A stretch of DNA of 64,000 nt from assembly GCA_009779855.1 (NCBI GenBank), contig WRBC01000002.1:111011-175010 (forward strand), read 5' to 3'. Origin of the DNA: Coriobacteriia bacterium. Lineage in GTDB: Bacteria > Actinomycetota > Coriobacteriia > WRKU01 > WQUG01. Positions 9,644 through 19,001 of this stretch are shown here, piece after piece (within the stretch, counting starts at the first letter, position 1; each line of letters begins with the position of its first letter). Both the position numbers and the translations under genes were made by a program. The notes below the pieces were generated by a model. That model was not told the origin of the DNA. It was given only the letters and a program-made list of their open reading frames with translations, and made no database searches.

Positions 9644-9689
9644 ACACTATCTTTAATTGGCTTCAAAGGTGATTTCTGTCCAATGAGTG

Positions 9690-9695
9690 TATAAT
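9690..9695 (+). promoter_or_regulatory. -10 box TATAAT of the raiA RNA promoter
   Basis: Consensus hexamer 7 nt before the 5' arm of the RNA's closing stem. Confidence 0.6.
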
Positions 9696-9701
9696 TGCTC
9701 T

Positions 9702-9962
9702 GCCTTCGCGCGGGTCTGTGGTTGCGTTTGTTTTGCTGGGCAAGACAAGTTAGTTCATAGGTAGGTGCGGCCGAAAGAACCCACGTAAGCACATCACTCG
9801 ACAGGAGGATGTGTGAGCATGGCGCACCTTAGGGGTAAGTCGTACCGTCTGCAGTCTGGCATATGTCAGGTAAACGGGCGAGAGGACTAGTCGTGAGATA
9901 GTATCAAGCTAACGTCCCGGTACGCGAGTGTGGGGTCAAAGATCAGGTCAGCCGCGCGAAGG
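9702..9962 (+). ncRNA. raiA motif RNA
   Basis: Closing stem CCTTCGCGCGG (9703-13) / CCGCGCGAAGG (9952-62). Conserved raiA blocks in the expected order: TGTGGTTG, CCACGTAAG, GAGCATGG, TTAG..GTAAGTC, GGCGAGAG, GTGAGA, GCGAGTGTGGGGTCAAAGATCAGGTCA. Flanked by comF and a substrate-binding-protein gene, both known raiA neighbours. Confidence 0.88.
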
Positions 9963-10077
9963 TATTCTTTATTACCCTAGCCTGATATCAGTTTAGTCTG
10001 CATTAGCTCAGCCTTCATTCATTATTTAACCTACATCAATTAGCATGCCTGAATCGTTTTGCTTTGTGTTTTCTTGT

Positions 10078-10142
10078 TGCATAAAATTTTAGATAAACGC
10101 ATAAAACTACATATAACAAAATGTGAAATGTATATTTAAGCA
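10078..10142. promoter_or_regulatory. Putative ARG boxes (ArgR sites)
   Basis: TGCATAAAATTTTA (10078), CGCATAAAACTACA (10098, 20-bp period) and TGTATATTTAAGCA (10129), upstream of a polar amino-acid ABC operon. Confidence 0.4.
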
Positions 10143-10247
10143 AAAAATTGCACTCAAATTAAAATTGTGGAAGAATACTATACCTATGAAGTAGAAAATA
10201 AGGCACAGCGCCATGTTGTGTCATCAGCTGTACGAAAGGTGTGAATC

Positions 10248-11111
10248 ATGAAAAAGCGTTTACTTATGCTAAGCCTTGCTGCAATCCTTGTGCTTTCTGC
10301 ATTTGTTCTTGTGGGATGTAACCAAGAAGAGGAAGCCCCTGACCTGGATGCAGGGTCAGACAGTAATGTTGAGACTCATATCGCCCTTGCCGATGTGGTT
10401 AGCGGGGATGGTTTAACTATAACGGTTGCTACTGAGCCTACGTATCCTCCCTTCCAGTCTAGGGAAGGCGGCGAAGTTGTTGGGTTTGACATTGACCTAG
10501 TCAAGGCAATCGCTGAAGAGCTAGGCGCAGAAGTTGAGTTCACTTTCCTTGAGTGGGACGCACTTCTTACAGCACTTAGTGCAGACAGTCGTGACTTTGA
10601 TTTTGCTGCAAGCGCTATGACGATTAGACCAGACCGTGCAGAGACAATCCTCTTTTCAGATCCTTACTTTGTGTCTGTCCAGGCTTTAGCTGTTCCTTCG
10701 GATTCAAGTGTAAATTCCATAGCCGATGTAGGTGAAGGCTTTAGGGTTGCCGTGCAAAACGGTACGACAGGACACATCTTCGCTACTGAAAACCTAGAAG
10801 AGAAGGGTGCGGTTGTAAGACCGTATCAAGGCGGTCAGGAATGTTTTCTTGCCCTAGCATCAGGGGAGGTTGATGGCGTTATCATCGACCTTCCTGTAGC
10901 AGTTAACCAGGCTGCGCTGGGTGACTTTGACTTGAAGACTATTTTGATTCCTCAGGCAGACCAAGAGCACTTTGGCCTAGCGTTTGGCAAGAGCAGAACT
11001 GACCTTGCCTATGCAGTTAATGATGCCCTGGCAGCTATTATTGCCGATGGAACCTATGCAGAGATTTATGCACGCTGGATTGATGCAGACAACGATCCTG
11101 TAATGCCATAG
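10248..11111 (+). CDS. Polar amino-acid ABC transporter substrate-binding lipoprotein
   Basis: Lipobox LVGC, TYPPF, GFDIDL, FSDPYF. Confidence 0.92.
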   Translation: MKKRLLMLSLAAILVLSAFVLVGCNQEEEAPDLDAGSDSNVETHIALADVVSGDGLTITVATEPTYPPFQSREGGEVVGFDIDLVKAIAEELGAEVEFTFLEWDALLTALSADSRDFDFAASAMTIRPDRAETILFSDPYFVSVQALAVPSDSSVNSIADVGEGFRVAVQNGTTGHIFATENLEEKGAVVRPYQGGQECFLALASGEVDGVIIDLPVAVNQAALGDFDLKTILIPQADQEHFGLAFGKSRTDLAYAVNDALAAIIADGTYAEIYARWIDADNDPVMP

Positions 11112-11127
11112 GAGAATACTTCTTACC

Positions 11128-11973
11128 ATGTGGACTAATTTTGTTGAGTGGTGGGAATCCTTCTCTATCCTGCGGGTGTTCTTTTCACCTACAGTAGCTA
11201 TAGAGACGTTTCCCATTGTGTTACAAGGATTTCCCATCACTTTGGTTCTTGGGTTTGTGGGCTTTGCTCTAGCTATTCCCGTTGGACTTGCTCTGGCGTT
11301 CATGAAAATGAGCAAGGTTGCCCCCTTGCGCTGGGTTGCAACTGTTTACGTTGATATTATTAGAGGAACGCCCCTGTTACTGCAGATTCTTATTATCTAC
11401 ATGGGGCTTCCTCTTATCCCTGCTTTTCAGGCGGCAATGGAGCCCTTTGCGGATGTTTCTGTGCTAGGTGTTCCTTTTTCTGCTTGGTTTCGCGCTTTCC
11501 TGATTTTGTCCGCAAATTCTGCTGCCTATCTGGCAGAAATTTTCAGAGCAGGCATTCAGTCTATTCCAAAAGGTCAAATGGAAGCGGCTAGATCTTTGGG
11601 AATGCGGATTCCGGCAGCCATGGCCTTTGTTATCCTTCCGCAGACAATTAGGCGTATTCTTCCGACCTGTATGTCGGAGTTTATCCTACTATTGAAAGAT
11701 ACGGCCCTCTTTGCCATGGTGGCAATGGGTGAAGTTATGTTACAGGCGCGTGTTGAGTCCGCTCGCGTGTTTAATATGACGCCTCTTACGGTTGCTGCGA
11801 TATTTTATCTGATTGTGACCATCCCTGCTGGTAGAATGGTTGCTAGGCTAGAAAACAAGTTAGCGGAGCAAGATTCAGGAGCGGCGCAGCCAGGCAAGCG
11901 TAGCCCGCGTCTTAATGTTCCCTCGACTCATGTAGTTAGCCACAGGGAAAATACTATGCAGGACGTTAGGTAA
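11128..11973 (+). CDS. Polar amino-acid ABC transporter permease
   Basis: RGTPLLLQ and [23 protein letters not shown] (EAA loop). Confidence 0.93.
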   Translation: MWTNFVEWWESFSILRVFFSPTVAIETFPIVLQGFPITLVLGFVGFALAIPVGLALAFMKMSKVAPLRWVATVYVDIIRGTPLLLQILIIYMGLPLIPAFQAAMEPFADVSVLGVPFSAWFRAFLILSANSAAYLAEIFRAGIQSIPKGQMEAARSLGMRIPAAMAFVILPQTIRRILPTCMSEFILLLKDTALFAMVAMGEVMLQARVESARVFNMTPLTVAAIFYLIVTIPAGRMVARLENKLAEQDSGAAQPGKRSPRLNVPSTHVVSHRENTMQDVR

Positions 11974-11978
11974 CCGCC

Positions 11979-12719
11979 ATGAGCGAAGCAATTGTAAAAA
12001 TAAGAAATCTCAAAAAAACCTTTGGCAGCGAAGAGGTGCTACACAACATCAATCTTGAAGTTGATAAAGGTGAAGTTGTCTGTGTGCTAGGACCTTCAGG
12101 TAGCGGCAAGTCCACTATGCTGCGCTGCATTAACCTATTAGAGGTGCCCACCTCTGGTGAGGTTTGGGTGAATGATACTCAGGTTAATGCAAAGGGCACT
12201 GACATCAATAAGGCACGCGAACATCTGGGTATGGTTTTCCAGCAGTTCAACCTTTTTCCTCATAAGACTGCACAGGGCAATGTCGAGCTTGCTTTGCGTA
12301 AAGTGCGCAAGATGTCAAAAGAAGAAGCTAGCTCTATCGCCAAAGAGCAATTAGAACGTGTAGGTCTGGCAGAACGTGCAGATTTTTATCCTAGCCAACT
12401 TTCTGGTGGCCAGCAGCAGCGCGTGGCCATCGCACGAGCACTCGCCATGGAGCCTACCGTTATGCTGTTTGATGAAGTTACTTCAGCACTTGATCCAGAG
12501 CTTGTTCGTGATGTTCTTAATGTTATGCGTGATCTTGCGCAGGCAGGCATGACCATGATAGTGGTGACTCACGAAATGGGGTTTGCTCGTGATGTGGCAG
12601 ACCGTGTGGTATTTATGGATGGCGGATCAGTTATCGAAGAAGGGTCTCCTGAAGACATCTTTGAAAATCCAAAAAATGAACGTACAAAGGACTTCCTGGG
12701 TCACTTAAGCGAATCATAG
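11979..12719 (+). CDS. Polar amino-acid ABC transporter ATPase (GlnQ-like)
   Basis: [29 protein letters not shown]. Confidence 0.94.
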   Translation: MSEAIVKIRNLKKTFGSEEVLHNINLEVDKGEVVCVLGPSGSGKSTMLRCINLLEVPTSGEVWVNDTQVNAKGTDINKAREHLGMVFQQFNLFPHKTAQGNVELALRKVRKMSKEEASSIAKEQLERVGLAERADFYPSQLSGGQQQRVAIARALAMEPTVMLFDEVTSALDPELVRDVLNVMRDLAQAGMTMIVVTHEMGFARDVADRVVFMDGGSVIEEGSPEDIFENPKNERTKDFLGHLSES

Positions 12720-12721
12720 TT

Positions 12722-13672
12722 TTGATTTCACCTAACAATAAGCCTGGCAAGTTGAATAAGCCTGAACTTTTAGCACCCGCTGGAAGTATGGAGGCTTTAA
12801 AGCTCGCTATTGACTGTGGGGCGGATGCTATCTACGGCTCTGGGATGAGTTTCGGTTTGCGTTATAATGCAAAGAATTTCTCTCTTACTGATTTGCGTAA
12901 AGCGGTAGAGTATGCCCATGGTCGGCAACGCCGATTCTACCTTGCGGTCAATGCACTTATTCACGAGTCAGATCTTGCCTCGCTAAAAGAATATCTTCTT
13001 GCGGCAGGGGAGACGGGCATTGATGCCTTTATTATTTCTGACCTAGGTGCAGCAGTCTTAGCAAGAGAGGCTGCCCCGCATGTTGCGCTGCACGTTAGTA
13101 CTCAAGCTAGTGTCGCGAATTCTGCTAGTGCAGAAGCATGGCATGAAATTGGAGCAAGACGCATTATCGCAGCGCGCGAGCTATCCCTGCGTGAGCTAGC
13201 CGAGATGAAGAAGGATATGCCGACTGACATGGAGCTTGAAGTTTTTGTTCATGGGGCGCAGTGTATGGCTGTAAGTGGGCGTTGCATCATTAGCAATTAT
13301 CTTGCACATCGTGATGCAAATAAAGGTCAGTGTGCTCACAGTTGTCGCTGGGATTATCAGTTGGTAGAGAAAAAGCGCCCCAATGAGTATCTGCCTGTGA
13401 TTGAGGAGGATGGTCATACCTCAATCTTTAGCCCCTATGACCTTAATATGATTGAACACCTTGATGACCTTGTCTCTGCAGGGATTGATAGTTTCAAAAT
13501 TGAGGGACGAACTAAAGGCGTCAACTATATCTCTACTGTCGTCTCAGCCTATCGCGCAGTCCTGGACGGGGAAGAGGCAAAGCAGTATGTTGAAGGACTC
13601 CGCGCTCAGACCCCGCGTCCCCAGGGAACGGGGTTCTATTATGGCTATCCGCAGCAAAATTATCGTAACTAA
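12722..13672 (+). CDS. Peptidase U32 family Fe-S protein (TrhP-like)
   Basis: PELLAPAG, EVFVHGAQCMAVSGRC, CAHSCRW, FKIEGR. Confidence 0.85.
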   Translation: MISPNNKPGKLNKPELLAPAGSMEALKLAIDCGADAIYGSGMSFGLRYNAKNFSLTDLRKAVEYAHGRQRRFYLAVNALIHESDLASLKEYLLAAGETGIDAFIISDLGAAVLAREAAPHVALHVSTQASVANSASAEAWHEIGARRIIAARELSLRELAEMKKDMPTDMELEVFVHGAQCMAVSGRCIISNYLAHRDANKGQCAHSCRWDYQLVEKKRPNEYLPVIEEDGHTSIFSPYDLNMIEHLDDLVSAGIDSFKIEGRTKGVNYISTVVSAYRAVLDGEEAKQYVEGLRAQTPRPQGTGFYYGYPQQNYRN

Positions 13673-14343
13673 AGAATGATTTCTTTAAGCTGGGAAGTGC
13701 CTGTATTTCCGCCAGGACAGACAAAGAGTCGCTCTGTCGCTGGGCCTACGAATAGAAATGACGATTTTTGTTTAGGGTTAATGAGGCCTGCTTCAAAAAG
13801 CTGCGTGTGAAAGCTCTGAGCAATGTCAAGGTTTAGTTCGCTCAGTTGCTGGTCTTCTCGGAATGTTAATTTGAGATATGCCTCTGTGGGGAAGGGAGCT
13901 GTGTGGTCAAGGCTTCTATCGCTGTCTTGAATGTGCTGCACTTCAGAATAACCATTAGAGAAGCTGCTTCTGGTAGGTAAATCGTAATGAATACTTCCTG
14001 CTATAGAGCTCTCTGCTCCGAAAACTTGAGGGAGTATTTCTGCTAGCTTAACGCCTGCTGCCCTTTCCAATTTAGCTGCAGCTATCCGGTCTTTTTGACC
14101 ACCAATTCTCTCGCTGATAGTGACTGTTGGTTCTTTACTAAAATCATTCTTTCTAGCATGGGTTATCTGTTCTTTTTGTTGGTCTGAACCTAGGGTCATT
14201 TGGCTTACGGCAGACTGAGTGTAAAAGATTATGAGCGCCGAGGCTAGCAAAATAACTATCAAACATCCGAGCATCATGAATTTTTTAATGGTTGGGGAGG
14301 GTAGAAAGTCTTTCTTGTTCATGTCTTTATTTTTGCGCTTCAT
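13669..14343 (-). CDS. Hypothetical protein with an N-terminal membrane anchor
   Basis: ATG 14343 with AGGAG RBS overlaps the end of the upstream adhesin gene; one hydrophobic segment. Confidence 0.6.
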   Translation of the reverse strand: MKRKNKDMNKKDFLPSPTIKKFMMLGCLIVILLASALIIFYTQSAVSQMTLGSDQQKEQITHARKNDFSKEPTVTISERIGGQKDRIAAAKLERAAGVKLAEILPQVFGAESSIAGSIHYDLPTRSSFSNGYSEVQHIQDSDRSLDHTAPFPTEAYLKLTFREDQQLSELNLDIAQSFHTQLFEAGLINPKQKSSFLFVGPATERLFVCPGGNTGTSQLKEIIL

Positions 14344-17300
14344 GTTTTTTCTCCTTATCTCTTTTCCTAACAGCAAGCTCTAGCAGTGCAAAGACCCCTG
14401 CGCACGCTGCTGCCAGTGCCAAGGCAAACCAAAATCCTCCATTATTTTGATCTCCTGTTTTTGGGGAATGCGGTATAAGCGAACCGCCTTTTTCCTGGGT
14501 ATTCTCCGTACTTATTTTGCTGTTCGTATTGGGGCTAGTATTCAATGCCAAAGGGTTATCTTTGTCGTTTTTGGAGGTGTCTCTAATGCTCTCCCGGGAA
14601 GTCTCGTCTCCAGTGTTCCTGTTACCGTCCTCATGCGTAAAGGAGTCAATAAGGCGCGTCTCTACCTTATCCCTGTCATCATCTTTGAGGTTAATGTTGC
14701 GTGTGATATGTGAACTGGCAGAATTTAAGATGATATTTTCTAGACCTGTTTCAGGGTCATACTTCTCTATAGGATGCGGACAGTAGACTAGATAGGATAG
14801 AGGAGCAAGACCAGCAGCGTTGGCAGACTCTTCACTGTAGAAGCGATCATCTATCTCTGGGTTCCACTCATTATCATTTTTACTCGTGAATCCTTTTTCT
14901 ACCCGTCCGTACTCTAGCTTAATCGCTGTAACATGTTCATTGTCTTCTAGATTTAGGTCTGATACGGCCAGTCGCAGTCTCTTGCCTGCATCAAGGTCTT
15001 CCTGCCATAACTTCCACCCCTTATTGTCAAAGCGCATTATCTTTTCAGGATTAGCAGGATTGCGCTCATCCTTGCTGGCTGCAATGCTGTCAGAATACAT
15101 TGTTGTTTCGTCGCTTAGATTTGTCTGGTACCACAGGTTGTAAAGACCGTTAGAGTCTCCCCAGACGACAGGAGTCCAGAGCTCTTCTATGCGGATTTGA
15201 CCTGCGTTGACCCCCTCAAGGTAGTCGATGACCACATATTCATCTGCCCAATCATTTGAAGTAGACCTAAAGTTGACATCGTAACGGTAAAGTTCTTTAC
15301 TACCCTGTGCACTGTTGTCGATTTGCGCTTCACCAGGTAATGATTTGTATCCTGCAGAAGTTATCTTGATAGTATGCTTGTCAACCTCACATGAGACAGC
15401 AACAGGTTCATTTTCAACCTCTACTTCACTCCAGACTATGGCTGTATGTTGATCCTTGTACTTCAACTCAATATTGAAGATTTTTGGACTAAGTAAGTAC
15501 CACGGGTTTGCCTTAGCCTCTACTAGTTCATAGTCCCCTAGATAGAGGGAGATGCTTTCGGCTACGCCCTTTTCATTGGTGATAAGTACATCAGCTACAT
15601 CCCCTGCAGTCAGACGCACAGAGCCATCACTTGTGACGATGTCCTTTTTTGCTCGCAGTTCAAACACTGTTTCGGTCACAGCGCTTGCAGTAATACTGTC
15701 GACCTTCATCACGCGCACTTTACCCATTGCAGGGTAGTTGTCTATGCTCACAACCAGAGGGTCTGTCCAGTGATGATCTGTGTTTACTTGGAAGGCTATA
15801 GGTTCTTCTAGTAAAAGATATCCATCCGGTGCTTGTACTTCTTTTAGATAGTACGTTCCAAACTTGAGTGGTTCTGGTAGATTAATCTGCCCTGTTTCAT
15901 CGGTGGTAAAAGTGCTAATTGTTTGTGTGTGAGGAAAGTTTATAGTGAAACTCATCAACCTCATATCTTTGTCAAAGATTTGAAATTGGGTTCCCGCTAA
16001 TGGTATGACCTTTCCTGTTTCTGCATCACGCTTTACGATACTTATTGCAGCAGTAATCTCATGATTTACTAGATGATAGCGCTTCTCCACACCGTTTTCG
16101 TCTACGCTGAACTTCATATCGTCGATAGGCCTTAAACCTTCTGGGGTAGACGCAGGGTCTTCGTGCAAGATGTAGTCACCGTATTCAAGAAAGCCACTAC
16201 TGAAGTCTTTGGTTCCCCATTGCGACCGTGGTGGGATGAGGTCGCGACTTGTCGCAAATCCCTCCCTGTCCGTGGTTAGCGTTGCCACAATCTGACCATA
16301 GCGGGGGTTAGCCCTTCCATCTCCATTCCTTGGGGTGTCGTCAATAATGTGAAAGCGGACTTTTTCCAGTGGATGAATCAGGTCTCCATCAGGCGCAGTG
16401 TATTTGCGTAGAGCTATGTCTCCGCGGATAATCTGTTCGTTTATGCGAGGAACTACATTATGTAGTGATATCTCTATTGGACGATCAGCCCCACCGGAGT
16501 CTGCTACGTTGAAGCTGCGCCAATTGGCGAACTCTGGATCAATCAAATAACCTTCAGGTGCTTTTACTTCACGAATTTGGAAGGTTCCGATAGGTATGCC
16601 TGGCATAGAAGCCCCCGTGGCACGATATTCAGCATGACCTGAGGCATCAGTTATAAGCTGCTGTGTTCTCCAGCCGTCAGGAGCTGAGGAGTCTGCCCAG
16701 CGAATCTCAAACTCTGCTCCAGCTAAACTGGCCCCGCCACTTGCAATGGCTTGTCCTGTTTCCTTATCAACCTTGCGAATATTAAGATCTGTTCCGTAGC
16801 GACGAGCATCGCTTGAACTTACACGTCCAATGCTGGGGCTACTTGTCCCCGTTGGGACCAGTACGACTCTATGAGTAGTTGCGTCCAGTATGTGTCCAGC
16901 CGGAGGGATAATCTCTTTAATGAAGTAATCTCCCATCCGCAGTCCGTCAAGACCTGCTGCTCCCTGGACATTAGTGGTCATCCTGCCTACATAAGAGGTA
17001 TGACTTGTATTTTTCGTATCAGCTGCAGAACTATTGGTCCATACGCCATAAACGGCACCAGCAAGACTGTAGGCAGAATTCCCTGCAATACTTGCACTAG
17101 AGATAAAGTTCCCAGGAGAGGTTGATTGCTTATTTAGTTCAATACGTCCAATGGGTTCAGGTTCGTTATGTATTGCTCCTGCGAGATAACTGGGCAGAGA
17201 ATTGTTGGTTGCTTCGGAATCATCTCCGCCTGTGGGGGTTACAGATAAAACAGTGGCATTAAGTAAATATCCTGGGGGTGCACTGATTTCTCTAATGTAG

Positions 17301-18139
17301 TAACTGCCGCCAGCAGGAATACGATACCACCAGGCATTCCCGTCGGATCCTGAGGTGCTTGACTGGATAAAGCTGGGGCTACTGGTGTTTCCGCTAGCTG
17401 CTGCTGCGCGACTAGTCCATATGCCGAAGGTAGCCCCAGCAAGGGGGGCATTGCTATGAGCGTCGCGTTTTTGAACGCGTATACGTGAAGTAAGTGGGTC
17501 GCCCTGGGACAAGACCATTCTTTGCACATTGCTATTTGATGGGGGAATATAAGGCCAATAGCGATTAAGCTGAACGCTACTGCTGCTTAAGGCCCGACTT
17601 ACTATCCAGGAGGACGCCCTCCAGTGGTCGGTGCTTGTGCTGTATTCGGAAAGGTTCTCACCTTGAATTCTGAAGATTGCTAGCTGAACTGCCATGCGCC
17701 ATTCAATATTTGTGAGCGCTATTCCATTGATAGTTGTTCCGCCAGAAGTTGTGGTGGGGCCTAAATCTAGTGCGATAGAAAGAGCACGTCCCTCGCTACT
17801 TGTCGCTCTAGACAACTTTGTTCCGCGGATCATTTCCAGGTTGTAAGGAGCCGCCCTTCTGAAGTCGAGACAATATGCAGCCGCAGTTCCCGAATTATGC
17901 ACAGGTATCCCTACGTGGCTGCTTTGTGTATTGAAAGTGCGTCGCTGTGCGGGTACGGCAGACAGTGCAAGTGATGGCACAATTGTCTGTATAAGCAAAA
18001 TACTGAGTAGTGTCATCAATACTATTGCTGATGAACGCCTAAAAGGAAGAGGTGGTAGTATTGTTCGCCCTTTCTTATGCCTTGTTCCATATGGCCATGA
18101 GGTCATGTGATTATGAGAAGGCGTGATTGCTTTAATCAT
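14327..18139 (-). CDS. Sortase-anchored surface adhesin: N-terminal thioester (TED)-like domain + about 6 SpaA/CnaB isopeptide domains
   Basis: Signal peptide; YCLD, VQLAIF and VQRMV motifs; repeated Y/F-x-x-x-E-x-x-A-P-x-G-Y E-boxes; SPKTG + TM helix + basic tail. Confidence 0.85.
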   Translation of the reverse strand: MIKAITPSHNHMTSWPYGTRHKKGRTILPPLPFRRSSAIVLMTLLSILLIQTIVPSLALSAVPAQRRTFNTQSSHVGIPVHNSGTAAAYCLDFRRAAPYNLEMIRGTKLSRATSSEGRALSIALDLGPTTTSGGTTINGIALTNIEWRMAVQLAIFRIQGENLSEYSTSTDHWRASSWIVSRALSSSSVQLNRYWPYIPPSNSNVQRMVLSQGDPLTSRIRVQKRDAHSNAPLAGATFGIWTSRAAAASGNTSSPSFIQSSTSGSDGNAWWYRIPAGGSYYIREISAPPGYLLNATVLSVTPTGGDDSEATNNSLPSYLAGAIHNEPEPIGRIELNKQSTSPGNFISSASIAGNSAYSLAGAVYGVWTNSSAADTKNTSHTSYVGRMTTNVQGAAGLDGLRMGDYFIKEIIPPAGHILDATTHRVVLVPTGTSSPSIGRVSSSDARRYGTDLNIRKVDKETGQAIASGGASLAGAEFEIRWADSSAPDGWRTQQLITDASGHAEYRATGASMPGIPIGTFQIREVKAPEGYLIDPEFANWRSFNVADSGGADRPIEISLHNVVPRINEQIIRGDIALRKYTAPDGDLIHPLEKVRFHIIDDTPRNGDGRANPRYGQIVATLTTDREGFATSRDLIPPRSQWGTKDFSSGFLEYGDYILHEDPASTPEGLRPIDDMKFSVDENGVEKRYHLVNHEITAAISIVKRDAETGKVIPLAGTQFQIFDKDMRLMSFTINFPHTQTISTFTTDETGQINLPEPLKFGTYYLKEVQAPDGYLLLEEPIAFQVNTDHHWTDPLVVSIDNYPAMGKVRVMKVDSITASAVTETVFELRAKKDIVTSDGSVRLTAGDVADVLITNEKGVAESISLYLGDYELVEAKANPWYLLSPKIFNIELKYKDQHTAIVWSEVEVENEPVAVSCEVDKHTIKITSAGYKSLPGEAQIDNSAQGSKELYRYDVNFRSTSNDWADEYVVIDYLEGVNAGQIRIEELWTPVVWGDSNGLYNLWYQTNLSDETTMYSDSIAASKDERNPANPEKIMRFDNKGWKLWQEDLDAGKRLRLAVSDLNLEDNEHVTAIKLEYGRVEKGFTSKNDNEWNPEIDDRFYSEESANAAGLAPLSYLVYCPHPIEKYDPETGLENIILNSASSHITRNINLKDDDRDKVETRLIDSFTHEDGNRNTGDETSRESIRDTSKNDKDNPLALNTSPNTNSKISTENTQEKGGSLIPHSPKTGDQNNGGFWFALALAAACAGVFALLELAVRKRDKEKKHEAQK

Positions 18140-18172
18140 CGAATCTTCCCGTTAAACTTTTGAAGTGGATGT

Positions 18173-18178
18173 ATCATA
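18173..18178 (-). promoter_or_regulatory. -10 box (TATGAT) for the adhesin gene
   Basis: GCTATGAT about 34 nt upstream of the ATG, compare GCTAGGAT at comF. Confidence 0.5.
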
Positions 18179-18187
18179 GCGAAATTG

Positions 18188-18275
18188 GACTAAAGCCCAG
18201 CAAAGTTCTGGTTAAGGTAGGATTAAGTAAAGGTTAAGTGGGGATTTCATAATGATTAACAGAATGCTAAAACAG
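18188..18275. repeat. Second 11-bp-periodic GRTTAAG array (8 units)
   Basis: Cores at 18190, 18201, 18212, 18223, 18234, 18245, 18256, 18267. Confidence 0.72.
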
Positions 18276-18330
18276 CACTGCTTGGTGTGCTATCATGGGC
18301 GTGGATTTTTAACATGAAAGGTACGGAATA

Positions 18331-18963
18331 ATGAACATAATTTTACTAGGTGCTCCAGGGTCAGGAAAAGGCACACAGGCTGCAAAGCTAGTTGAGGCTT
18401 TTGGGTTAGTTCACATATCAACGGGTGATATGTTGCGTGCGGCGGTAAGCGCCAGTACACCACTGGGCGTCGAGGCAAAGAAATATATGGACGCGGGTGA
18501 CCTTGTTCCTGATGAACTTATTATTGGCCTTATCAAGGACAGGTTAAAAGAAGAAGATACTGAAAAAGGTTTTATTCTGGACGGATTTCCGCGTTCGACT
18601 TCACAGGCTATTGCTCTGGATGAGCAGCTCGCAGAACTTAAGCGCACAATTGATGTGGCGATTGCTATCGATGTGGATGCAGAGGTTATTGTGAATCGCA
18701 TCAGTACGCGCCGCTTTTGTCCTGCTTGTGGTAGGAGCACTAATGCCTCTGAAGGGGAGTATTGCATTATTTGTGGATGTGCTCTTGAAGTGCGTGCAGA
18801 CGATAAGGAAGATGTCGTACGTAAGCGACTGAATGTTTATGAGCAAAATACCGCCCCACTTATTGATTATTATCGTGGTAAGGGTATTTTGCGCTCTATT
18901 GACGGTGATCGCCCTGTTAGTGTGGTCTGGGAAGATGTGGAAAAGATAGCCTCGGGCGACTAG
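18331..18963 (+). CDS. adk: Adenylate kinase (zinc-lid type)
   Basis: GAPGSGKGT, ILDGFPR, CPAC...CIIC lid. Confidence 0.96.
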   Translation: MNIILLGAPGSGKGTQAAKLVEAFGLVHISTGDMLRAAVSASTPLGVEAKKYMDAGDLVPDELIIGLIKDRLKEEDTEKGFILDGFPRSTSQAIALDEQLAELKRTIDVAIAIDVDAEVIVNRISTRRFCPACGRSTNASEGEYCIICGCALEVRADDKEDVVRKRLNVYEQNTAPLIDYYRGKGILRSIDGDRPVSVVWEDVEKIASGD

Positions 18964-19001
18964 TCTACCTGGTCAATCGGTAACCATGGCTAAGCAGTAA
19001 T

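Noticed and set aside
9981-10055. Possible third, inverted copy of the 11-bp array downstream of the raiA RNA
   Set aside because: CTTAAYC-like words are very degenerate and their spacing is irregular (11, 10, 11, 12, 10, 14)
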